A stretch of DNA of 64,000 nt from Smithellaceae bacterium. GTDB lineage: Bacteria; Desulfobacterota; Syntrophia; Syntrophales; Smithellaceae. The DNA lies in NCBI GenBank assembly GCA_963667845.2, contig CAXXVL010000002.1, positions 928,001 to 992,000 on the forward strand, given 5' to 3'. Under the pieces are notes generated by a model. The model had not been told where the DNA came from, searched no databases, and saw only the letters and a program-made list of their open reading frames with translations. Made by a program: the position numbers and the translations under genes. Shown here piece after piece: positions 52,743 to 60,633 of this stretch; within the stretch, counting starts at the first letter, position 1, and each line of letters opens with the position of its first letter.

Positions 52743-54041
52743 ATGAATAATGTGACTGCACCCAAGGAGTACAAGCTCTCCACGCGAAGTGCCTATTACA
52801 TCTTCACACTGCTGTTTCTGTTGTATTTCTTCGATTACGTGGATCGGACGATAGTGACCTCCCTTGCTCCCTTCATCCAGAAGGAGTGGGGCCTCACGGA
52901 CACGCAGTCCGGTCTGCTCATGTCGGTCGTCTACTGGTCTATCGTCGTTTTCGTTTTTCCGGTTTCGATCCTTGTGGATCGCTGGAGCCGGAAAAGGACC
53001 ATTGGCGTTATGGCCCTTCTCTGGACGGCCGCTACGGTAGCCTGCGCCTTCACTAAAACCTTTCCCCAGCTGCTCGTGGCCCGTTCCGCCATCGGGATCG
53101 GTGAGGCTGGGTATGCCCCCGCCGGTACGGCCATGCTTTCCGGTTTGTTTCCTCCGGAAAAACGTTCCCGCATGATGGGCCTCTGGAATATCTCCATTCC
53201 ACTGGGCATCGCCATCGGCATTGGCTTGGGCGGCTTCATTGCCACGCACTGGGGCTGGCGGCATGCCTTCGGCCTGGTGGCTATTCCCGGGGCGATCGTG
53301 GCCATCCTGTTTTTCTTCGTCAAGGATTATAAAACGGTGGAGCTGGTTAAAACCGATGCTTCATGCAATACCGGCCCCAATAAAGTCAAGATGAGCAAGA
53401 TGGATATCTTCCGGGAGTTTGTTCATACCCCTTCCCTGATTTTTACCAATCTCGGGTTCATCGGTTGCATCTTTGCCAACAATGCGGTCATCTTCTGGCT
53501 TCCCACGTATTTTCACCGGACGACGGGCGTCTCCATCAGTGAGGCGGGCATGAAAACGAGTGTGCTCATGATCCTGGCGCTCATCGGCCTGCCTCTGGGA
53601 GGATGGCTGGCCGATATGTGGTTTAAGAAACGGGCGAATGCACGGCTCTTGTTTCCCGCGATTACAACAGCCTTGAATGCCATCTGCATCTTTACGGCTA
53701 TATCATTCCTTCAGGGACAGGCACAATATCTGACTCTTATAGGAATGGGCATTCTGGCTTCAGCATTTGCTCCGGCGGCCATCACTGCCACTCAGGAGGT
53801 TATCCACCCCGGACTTCGGGCGACCTCCTACTCCGTGTGCGTCGTTGTTCAGAATCTCTTTGGGGCCTCCCTGGCGCCCATCGTGATCGGAAAGATATCC
53901 GATCTCTATGGCATCCAAGTGGCTATGTCTATTCTGCCCGTTTTCCTTGTAGTCTCGGCCCTGTTGTTTTTTGCCGGATCCTTCTTTTACAAAAAAGATC
54001 TGAGCAAGGTGGAAAAAATTACGCTGGAATGTGAGGATTAG
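52743..54041 (+). CDS. MFS transporter (spinster/ACS-like)
   Basis: DYVDR, LVDRWSRK, RS..GIGEAGY.P, WGWR.AF, GGWLAD; about 12 hydrophobic segments. Confidence 0.92.
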   Translation: MNNVTAPKEYKLSTRSAYYIFTLLFLLYFFDYVDRTIVTSLAPFIQKEWGLTDTQSGLLMSVVYWSIVVFVFPVSILVDRWSRKRTIGVMALLWTAATVACAFTKTFPQLLVARSAIGIGEAGYAPAGTAMLSGLFPPEKRSRMMGLWNISIPLGIAIGIGLGGFIATHWGWRHAFGLVAIPGAIVAILFFFVKDYKTVELVKTDASCNTGPNKVKMSKMDIFREFVHTPSLIFTNLGFIGCIFANNAVIFWLPTYFHRTTGVSISEAGMKTSVLMILALIGLPLGGWLADMWFKKRANARLLFPAITTALNAICIFTAISFLQGQAQYLTLIGMGILASAFAPAAITATQEVIHPGLRATSYSVCVVVQNLFGASLAPIVIGKISDLYGIQVAMSILPVFLVVSALLFFAGSFFYKKDLSKVEKITLECED

Positions 54042-54103
54042 AACAAGAGAGGGATCAAGGGACAAGGTAAAGAAGAGACGTTGCCATACGAGGATTAGAC
54101 CGG

Positions 54104-54150
54104 GTAGGGAACGGTTGCGATAACCTATAGGTCACACAGCCGTTCCCTTC
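54104..54150. repeat. GTAG-type REP-like element (inverted relative to 44617 copy)
   Basis: GTAGGGAACGGTTGCGATAACCTATAGGTCACACAGCCGTTCCCTTC; its reverse complement aligns to 44617-44662. Confidence 0.75.
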
Positions 54151-54170
54151 GATGAAGGAAGACATAAGTT

Positions 54171-55193
54171 ATGAAAGCCGTTGTATATCGCAAAGACAGG
54201 GGGCTGGTTTATGAAGAGATCCCCGACTATCAAATAGCCGACGATGAGGTGCTGGTCAAAGTGGCCAACACGGGTTTTTGCGGTTCCGATCACTCTCTGG
54301 TGGCAGGCAGGCATTTAACCGACGGTACCATTATCGGCCACGAAATCAGTGCAGTGGTTGTAGAAAAAGGCGCCCAGGCGGGAGGCCCCGCTGTGGGTAC
54401 AAGGGTTTGCATCAGGCCGACTTACTGCGGTAAATGCGCAAGCTGCCTCTCCGGCAAACAGCACCTCTGTCGTGTGCACAGGCGAACCACGGGGATCGGC
54501 GATTTACCGGGCGGCTTTGCCGAGTATGTCAAAGTCTATCCGCAAATGCTCATCCCCGTTCCCGAGGGTGTCGATTCCCGTAACGCTGCGCTCGCCGAGA
54601 CCTTTGCCTCAGCGCTGCATGCCATTGATTGCACAAGCGGCACAAAAGGTTCCGTTCTGGTGATGGGAGGCGGTCCTATCGGCCTTTGCGCGGTTCGCCT
54701 CCTTAAAATTCTCGGCTACGGCCCGATTGTTCTCTACGAACCGGTCCGGGCAAAACGGGAGATCGCCCTCGTTTACGGAGCCGACCATGCCTTTGATCCC
54801 CTGGAAAAGGATGCGGATCAGCAGGCCATGGCGGTCGCTCCCGGCGGGTTTAATAAAACGTTTGAATGTTCCGGCGTAAAACAAAATATCGACCGCGCGA
54901 TCCTGCTCGCGGCAGATAGTGGCGAGATTTGCATCGTGAGCATGATCTTTTCGCCTCTGGAAATCGCCGCGCCTTTCCTCATCAATCTCAAAGAAATCCG
55001 TCTCACGGCATCCAACTCCAATACGCATGAAGAAAATATCCAATGCCTCCGGTGGATGGTGGAAGGAAAAATCGATGCGCGGCCGCTGATTTCCGACTAT
55101 GACGTTCTTGCGCGTCTCCCTGAGGTTTATCGGGAGCGGATCGATACCGGCCTGGCTATCAAGGCTCTTTTCAAGGTCGGCGAGGAGTTCTGA
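54171..55193 (+). CDS. Zinc-dependent medium-chain alcohol dehydrogenase
   Basis: GFCGSD, GHE, structural Zn CGKCASCLSG..HLC, GGFAEY, GGGPIG. Confidence 0.92.
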   Translation: MKAVVYRKDRGLVYEEIPDYQIADDEVLVKVANTGFCGSDHSLVAGRHLTDGTIIGHEISAVVVEKGAQAGGPAVGTRVCIRPTYCGKCASCLSGKQHLCRVHRRTTGIGDLPGGFAEYVKVYPQMLIPVPEGVDSRNAALAETFASALHAIDCTSGTKGSVLVMGGGPIGLCAVRLLKILGYGPIVLYEPVRAKREIALVYGADHAFDPLEKDADQQAMAVAPGGFNKTFECSGVKQNIDRAILLAADSGEICIVSMIFSPLEIAAPFLINLKEIRLTASNSNTHEENIQCLRWMVEGKIDARPLISDYDVLARLPEVYRERIDTGLAIKALFKVGEEF

Positions 55194-55204
55194 GGGGAAG
55201 ACGA

Positions 55205-55483
55205 ATGCCGGAGCAATATCAACTGATTTACGGGTTTGTCCACTGCCGCGGCAGGACGATCTATCATGCCGGATACACGGATTCGGAAGAGGAAGCACGA
55301 AAGTGGGTCAGGAATCACCGGGAAGGTCTGTCTCCGGCCATGAAGATCCCTCGCGAAGATCCGATTCGTTATTGTAAAGCGGCCTGGTGCCCTTTCAAAA
55401 AGCAGAAACCATGGTTCGACATGGTAGTCAATCGGACCGATCAGGGTGCCGTTCGCGACGACGTCGCAGTGAAGAATCTTTGA
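55205..55483 (+). CDS. Hypothetical protein, 92 aa
   Basis: Fills operon gap 11 bp after ADH stop, purine-rich RBS-like GAGGGGAAG; no recognised family. Confidence 0.6.
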   Translation: MPEQYQLIYGFVHCRGRTIYHAGYTDSEEEARKWVRNHREGLSPAMKIPREDPIRYCKAAWCPFKKQKPWFDMVVNRTDQGAVRDDVAVKNL

Positions 55484-55558
55484 TTTAATGAGCATCAGAT
55501 GATAGTAACCGGACAAAATATCTCAGAGGGGTAAAAACAGCCAAAGGATTCAAAGTTT

Positions 55559-56179
55559 ATGGGCGCAAAGGAAAGACGGGAAAGAGAAAGAGAACAGCGC
55601 AAGAGCCATATCCTGGATACGGCCAGAGAGCTGCTTCTGGAGAAGGGGATGAACGCCACATCCATCAATCAGATTGCTAAACGTTCCGAATTGAGCGTGG
55701 GTGCAATTTATTTCTATTTCAAAGACAAGGAGGAGCTTTTTGCGTCTCTTCAGCTGGAAGGACTGGAATTGCTTCACGGGTCCATTGAACAGGCTGTTCA
55801 TAAAAAAGTATCACCGGAAAAGAAGATCCGGGCGATTGCCGCGGCTTATCTCCAATTCAGCGAAGAGCATAAGAATTATTTCGATATCATTAATTACTTT
55901 TTAACCTCGCCCGCAACCATCTTCCCGCCGAATTTGAAAAACGAAATCGATAAGCACGGCGATGCCAGCATCGCCATGCTGACTGAGGCCGTGCGTGAAG
56001 GTATCGACGCGGGACAATTCAAAGCCGTTGACCCGAAAAGGCAGGCGATCATTCTCTGGGGCGCCTTCAATGGCATGATCCAGCTGAAGAAACTGCAAAA
56101 GACCATCCTGGCAAAAAATGAATATCATTCTCTTTACAGCGAGATTGTGGATCGATTTCTGGATGGGCTGCGCGGTTAG
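55559..56179 (+). CDS. TetR/AcrR family regulator
   Basis: ERRERE...R...IL..A..L..EKG...TS..QIA...ELSVG.IY.YFK.KEEL. Confidence 0.93.
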   Translation: MGAKERREREREQRKSHILDTARELLLEKGMNATSINQIAKRSELSVGAIYFYFKDKEELFASLQLEGLELLHGSIEQAVHKKVSPEKKIRAIAAAYLQFSEEHKNYFDIINYFLTSPATIFPPNLKNEIDKHGDASIAMLTEAVREGIDAGQFKAVDPKRQAIILWGAFNGMIQLKKLQKTILAKNEYHSLYSEIVDRFLDGLRG

Positions 56180-56296
56180 CGTGCATTCCCGAAACCTGCA
56201 TTCCGGGTAAATAATACTCCAATTCTGGACAAGTCAATGACCGCAATAGCAACTCTGCCGATTCCGGCTTGCGTCGGAGGACGATTTCGCTGCCTT

Positions 56297-56328
56297 AGGG
56301 GCATAGCCCAGGAGATGCCCTTTTTTTT
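56297..56328 (+). terminator. Intrinsic terminator ending the dsr-xsc cluster
   Basis: GGGCAT-10 nt-ATGCCC followed by T8. Confidence 0.65.
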
Positions 56329-56345
56329 GGATACCGGAGATTTAC

Positions 56346-56379
56346 AAAAAAAGGCAGCCGCTTTACCGGACTGCCTTTG
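56346..56379 (-). terminator. Terminator downstream of tRNA-Leu
   Basis: Minus strand AAAGGCAGTCCG-GTAAAG-CGGCTGCCTTTTTTT. Confidence 0.65.
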
Positions 56380-56389
56380 ACTTTTCTAA

Positions 56390-56476
56390 TGGTGCCGAAG
56401 CCGGGATTTGAACCCGGACAGGCGTACACCCACTAGACCCTGAACCTAGCGCGTCTACCAATTCCGCCACTTCGGC
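56390..56476 (-). tRNA. tRNA-Leu (anticodon CAG)
   Basis: Reverse complement GCCGAAGTGGCGGAATTGGTAGACGCGCTAGGTTCAGGGTCTAGTGGGTGTACGCCTGTCCGGGTTCAAATCCCGGCTTCGGCACCA; 87 nt, long variable arm, encoded CCA; TTGACA-16 nt-TATAGT promoter at 56516-56489. Confidence 0.97.
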
Positions 56477-56590
56477 ACGCGAGAAGTGACTATACTGAAC
56501 CCGGGGTTCTTGTCAAGCTAAAATGACTTGAATTTAATACCCAAAATGCTATGTTGCTTCGCATGTTTAAAAACGTAGTGGGAAGAGAAT

Positions 56591-57523
56591 ATGATTGTAT
56601 TTGAAGGAATTAAAGCAATAACAAAAGATTTTCGCGGGGCGTTTGTCACCATTGGCAATTTTGACGGGGTGCACCTGAGCCACCAGCATATCTGCCGGAA
56701 ACTGGCCAGTGAGGCAAGAGCCGCGGGACAGAAATCGCTGGTGATCACCTTTGACCCGCATCCGAAGATGATTCTGCATCCGAATATCCATCCCTTTTAC
56801 CTCCTTACCACACGGGCGGAAAAAATGGCCCTGCTCGAAAAATGCGGCGTCGATGCAACGGTGATTATCAAGTTTGATATGGCATACTCCAAGACCACCG
56901 CCGAACAGTTTGTGCGGGGGTTTCTGTGCGACCAACTCGCGATAACGAAGATTATCATCGGGCATGATTATGTCTTCGGTCAGGCCAGACAGGGCAATGA
57001 CGCCTTTCTGAAAGCCCAGGGAAGAAAGCTCGGTTTTTCCGTGGAAGTGATCCCGGCGTTTAAAATAGGCGACGAGATTGTCAGCAGTACGCTGATTCGC
57101 AATTACATCCTGGCGGGCGATGTCTGTACGGCAAGCCGGTTGCTGGGACGATACTATAATGTAGCCGGGATGGTGGGAAGCGGCGCGGGCCGGGGTGCGG
57201 GTCTGGGTTATCCTACGGCCAACGTCGAGCCGGAAAAAGAACTGGTGCCGCCTTCGGGTATCTATGCGGCCTATGTTGATGTTGACGGCCGGCAATACAT
57301 GGCGGCGCTCAGCATCGGCGTAAAACCGACATTTGAAGATTACACATCCACGTTTGAGGTGTTCCTCCTGGACTATGAGGGCAATCTGCGCGGACAAAAA
57401 ATAAATGTGCTTTTTGTGGAGAAGTTGCGGGACATTGTCAAATTTGACGGTCCCGAAAGCTTGAAGCGTCAGATTGCGGCGGACGTGGAGAAGACAAAAG
57501 AAATTCTAAAACTGAAAAAATAA
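56591..57523 (+). CDS. ribF: Bifunctional riboflavin kinase/FAD synthetase
   Basis: TIGNFDGVH..H, TFDPHP, VSSTLIR, G.GRG..LGYPTAN, G.KPTF. Confidence 0.96.
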   Translation: MIVFEGIKAITKDFRGAFVTIGNFDGVHLSHQHICRKLASEARAAGQKSLVITFDPHPKMILHPNIHPFYLLTTRAEKMALLEKCGVDATVIIKFDMAYSKTTAEQFVRGFLCDQLAITKIIIGHDYVFGQARQGNDAFLKAQGRKLGFSVEVIPAFKIGDEIVSSTLIRNYILAGDVCTASRLLGRYYNVAGMVGSGAGRGAGLGYPTANVEPEKELVPPSGIYAAYVDVDGRQYMAALSIGVKPTFEDYTSTFEVFLLDYEGNLRGQKINVLFVEKLRDIVKFDGPESLKRQIAADVEKTKEILKLKK

Positions 57524-57542
57524 ATTTTGGAGGAAACATCAT

Positions 57543-58622
57543 ATGTTAAAAATTGCCATTGTGGGCGCGACCGGCATCGTCGGTCAGCAGGCCATCGTCA
57601 GCTTGCTTGGACATCCCTGGTTTAAAATTACCAAACTGGTTGCCTCGGAGCGCTCGGCTGATAAGAAATACATCGACGCCCTCAGAGACGCCAATGGTTC
57701 CATTCGCTGGTGGTGCACCGAAGAATTGCCGGCGGACATTGCGAATATGGTGGTCGAAGAAGCAGCGAGCTTTGATCCGACATCCGTCGATATCATTTTC
57801 TCGACCATGGATACAGGACCCGCCAAGGAGCTCGAGCCTAAATACGCCAAAACCACTCCGGTCATCAGCACCGCCTCGGCGTTTCGCTATGAATCCGACA
57901 CCCCGATTCTCGTGGGTGGCGTCAATATGGATCACGCCGCGCTCCTGGCCGTTCAGCAGAAAAACCGCGGTTGGAAAGGGTTCATTTCGCCCAAATCCAA
58001 CTGCACGATAGCGGGTCTGGTGATTTCGTTAAAGCCGATTCTGGATAATTTCGGTGTCAAACAGGTGATGATGACATCACTGCAGGCGATGTCCGGCGCG
58101 GGTCGTACACCCGGGCTTTCGGCCATGGATATGATGGAAAATGTTGTTCCGTACATATCCGGCGAAGAGCCAAAGGTCGAAACCGAACCGCAGAAGATTC
58201 TGGGAAAATTTACCGGCAGCGCCATCCAGGATGCGAAATTCGGCATTACCGCCGCCTGCAACCGCGTACCGGTGCTCGACGGGCATCTCGTCTGCGCATT
58301 TGTGCAGACTGAAAAACCCTGCACACCGGAAGATGTAAAGCGGGTCATGGTCGAGTATGGCAAAGACTTTGCGGAATTGCATCTACCCAGTTCGCCTGCT
58401 CATCTGATCGACGTTACCGATGATCCATTCCGCCCGCAGCCGCGCGTGGATCGCGACAAAGGCGGCGGCATGACCGTCACCGTCGGGCGCATCCGCAAAG
58501 ACCCGATTATTGAAAACGGCATCAAGTACGTCTGCCTGGCCCATAACACCAAGCTGGGCGCGGCCAAAGGTGCTCTGCAGACTGCGGAGTATCTGGTCAA
58601 GAACTATCTGAAACTTGTCTAA
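57543..58622 (+). CDS. asd: Aspartate-semialdehyde dehydrogenase (archaeal/eukaryote-like type)
   Basis: VGATG.VGQ, HPWF....L.ASERSA.K.Y, SNC, QAMSGAG, NVVPYI.GEE.K, CNRVPV.DGH, RPQPR.DR, HNT..GAA. Confidence 0.93.
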   Translation: MLKIAIVGATGIVGQQAIVSLLGHPWFKITKLVASERSADKKYIDALRDANGSIRWWCTEELPADIANMVVEEAASFDPTSVDIIFSTMDTGPAKELEPKYAKTTPVISTASAFRYESDTPILVGGVNMDHAALLAVQQKNRGWKGFISPKSNCTIAGLVISLKPILDNFGVKQVMMTSLQAMSGAGRTPGLSAMDMMENVVPYISGEEPKVETEPQKILGKFTGSAIQDAKFGITAACNRVPVLDGHLVCAFVQTEKPCTPEDVKRVMVEYGKDFAELHLPSSPAHLIDVTDDPFRPQPRVDRDKGGGMTVTVGRIRKDPIIENGIKYVCLAHNTKLGAAKGALQTAEYLVKNYLKLV

Positions 58623-58632
58623 ACCTTCTTCC

Positions 58633-58678
58633 AAGGGCTGCGGAAGTCTATTTGTCGATCATCCGCAGCCCTTTTTTT
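58633..58678 (+). terminator. Intrinsic terminator
   Basis: AAGGGCTGCGGA-loop-TCCGCAGCCCTTTTTTT. Confidence 0.8.
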
Positions 58679-59257
58679 ACTCTTATAACAACACGATTTT
58701 GTCCGGACACAGCCTCATCAGTTCGTGAAGAAAACGGATAGTGTCGGCGGCGACAGGCGACTGTGAATGGCGGCAATCACCGAACGGAGCCAAGACCCAC
58801 CTCTAAATAAACCCTCACACCGAAAATCGAAATCATGGATTGATGGCGATTTTACCGCATTGCCACCTGTGAGTCGCCGGATCTTTCATGGCTACGGTTT
58901 ACAGCATGTTTTTGAAGCGGCTCCAATTTTTTCTATTGTGCCCTTGACCAGCGATCGCTTTTGCCGATCAAAATGCCGCTTTCTTGCGCGATGCATTGCA
59001 AAATTCGGAACAGCAAAAAAGCTGATCGAATTTCTAAAAGCCAACCATCAAGGCGATAAGTTTCTTTTGGTGACGGCGACCACAGAAGTCACCATTCTTC
59101 GCCTATCATCGCGCGGGGACGGATTTGTATTGAAAAACCGTACCGTGTTCTGTTTTTCAATACAAATCCTTTTTCTCCATATGGAATATTAATTTGTCTG
59201 AGGGCTTTTATGATGCTATCTATCAGTAATCATTGAATACGAATGCTCTGCCATGAC

Positions 59258-59273
59258 TGGCACGCTTATTGTA
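59258..59273 (+). promoter_or_regulatory. Putative sigma54 (-24/-12) promoter
   Basis: TGGCAC-GCTTA-TTGTA versus consensus TGGCAC-N5-TTGC(A/T); one mismatch at -12. Confidence 0.5.
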
Positions 59274-59481
59274 GTAAACATATTTGTGATGAGATCAATA
59301 CAATTATGTACTTTTGGCGGCGGATACAGGTAGCAATGACGCCAAACATACCCGGTCATATGCCCGACCTGACAAAAAAGGGAGTTTCCATGCATATCTA
59401 AAAGGTGAAATGCATCAATTCAACGAGACACTATCAGAGCATCAAGCTTTTATCATACCAAAAAAAGAAAGGAGTACAGAC

Positions 59482-60447
59482 GTGAAAAAGAAAAAAATAT
59501 TTAATGTTTTTTTGATGATGGGGATAGCCATTTTGTTGTGTGCCAGCCCTTCGCAGGCGGCAGGTAAGAAGGTTCTGTTCATCGATTCCTACCACACAGG
59601 CTACGCATGGAGTGATGGGCAGGTTCAGGGCGCTAAAAACCTCTTGGCGGGAAGATACGATTTCAAAGTAATTCACATGGATACCAAGCGCAATCCATCA
59701 GCCGATGCTCAGAAGAAGGCGGCGGAAAGGGTCAAGGCTGAAATCGATTCCTGGAAACCGGACGTAGTAATTGCCGCCGACGACAATGCCTCGAAATTGG
59801 TTATCGTGCCTTTTTACAAAAATTCGAACATCCCCTTTGTTTTCTGCGGACTTAACTGGGATGCCTCAGCTTACGGTTTCCCCACCAATAATGTGACCGG
59901 CGTACTAGAAGTTTCCGTTATGAGGCCGCTCATCGATACGATGAAAAAATATGCCAAGGGCAATCGTATCGGATTCCTGGGAAAAGACAATGAGACAGAC
60001 CGCAAGGAAGCGGATATGATTTCGAAAAAATTTGGTGTTACGTTCTCGGCTGTCAAGTTTGTCAATAACTTCGAGGAGTGGAAAACGGCTTACAGCAAAA
60101 TGCAGGATGATGCTGATATGCTCATTTTTATCAACAACGCCGGGATCAACGGCTGGAATGACGCAGAAGCAAAAAAGATCACCAGAGAAAAAACGAAGAT
60201 TCCGACCGCCAGCAGTCATGATTTTATAGCTCCATTCGTTCTGATCGACTATGCCAAACTTGCCGAAGAGCAAGGTGAACTGGCCGCCGGAATGGCGATA
60301 AAAATTCTCAACGGCACATCGCCGAAAGATATTCCCGTTACAAGCAACAAGAAGGGACAGATGTATATCAATCTCGCCATTGCGAAGAAACTGGGGATTC
60401 AGTTTCCGCTGGAGACTCTGAAAGCGGCTAAAGTCATCAGTGAATAG
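59482..60447 (+). CDS. Periplasmic substrate-binding protein (ABC_sub_bind type)
   Basis: Signal peptide, IDSYH.GY.WS, MDTKRN, PDVVIAADDNA, PFVFCG.N, EQGE.AA..A..IL.G; RBS AAGGAG before GTG 59482. Confidence 0.85.
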   Translation: MKKKKIFNVFLMMGIAILLCASPSQAAGKKVLFIDSYHTGYAWSDGQVQGAKNLLAGRYDFKVIHMDTKRNPSADAQKKAAERVKAEIDSWKPDVVIAADDNASKLVIVPFYKNSNIPFVFCGLNWDASAYGFPTNNVTGVLEVSVMRPLIDTMKKYAKGNRIGFLGKDNETDRKEADMISKKFGVTFSAVKFVNNFEEWKTAYSKMQDDADMLIFINNAGINGWNDAEAKKITREKTKIPTASSHDFIAPFVLIDYAKLAEEQGELAAGMAIKILNGTSPKDIPVTSNKKGQMYINLAIAKKLGIQFPLETLKAAKVISE

Positions 60448-60633
60448 ATCTATTTGAATATTCATCTCATTTCATTTTGTGACTGAGATGAAAAATAGCT
60501 TGTAAGATTACGATCTCTCTCCCGGGTTCTGGGAACCGACAGAATTTATGGAAAGAGGTCGTAATCAAATAGGCGGTGGGAATATACCACTGTCCGTGGC
60601 TTTTACGCAGGCAAAATAATAGGGAATTTGTCT

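Noticed and set aside
33139..56179. Calling the organism a sulfate reducer
   Set aside because: No sat, aprAB or qmo in this window; it cannot be decided without the rest of the genome.
58767..59192. 141-aa ORF upstream of the binding protein, and ORFs at 19633-20113
   Set aside because: No RBS, motifs or protein-like composition recognised; treated as non-coding.
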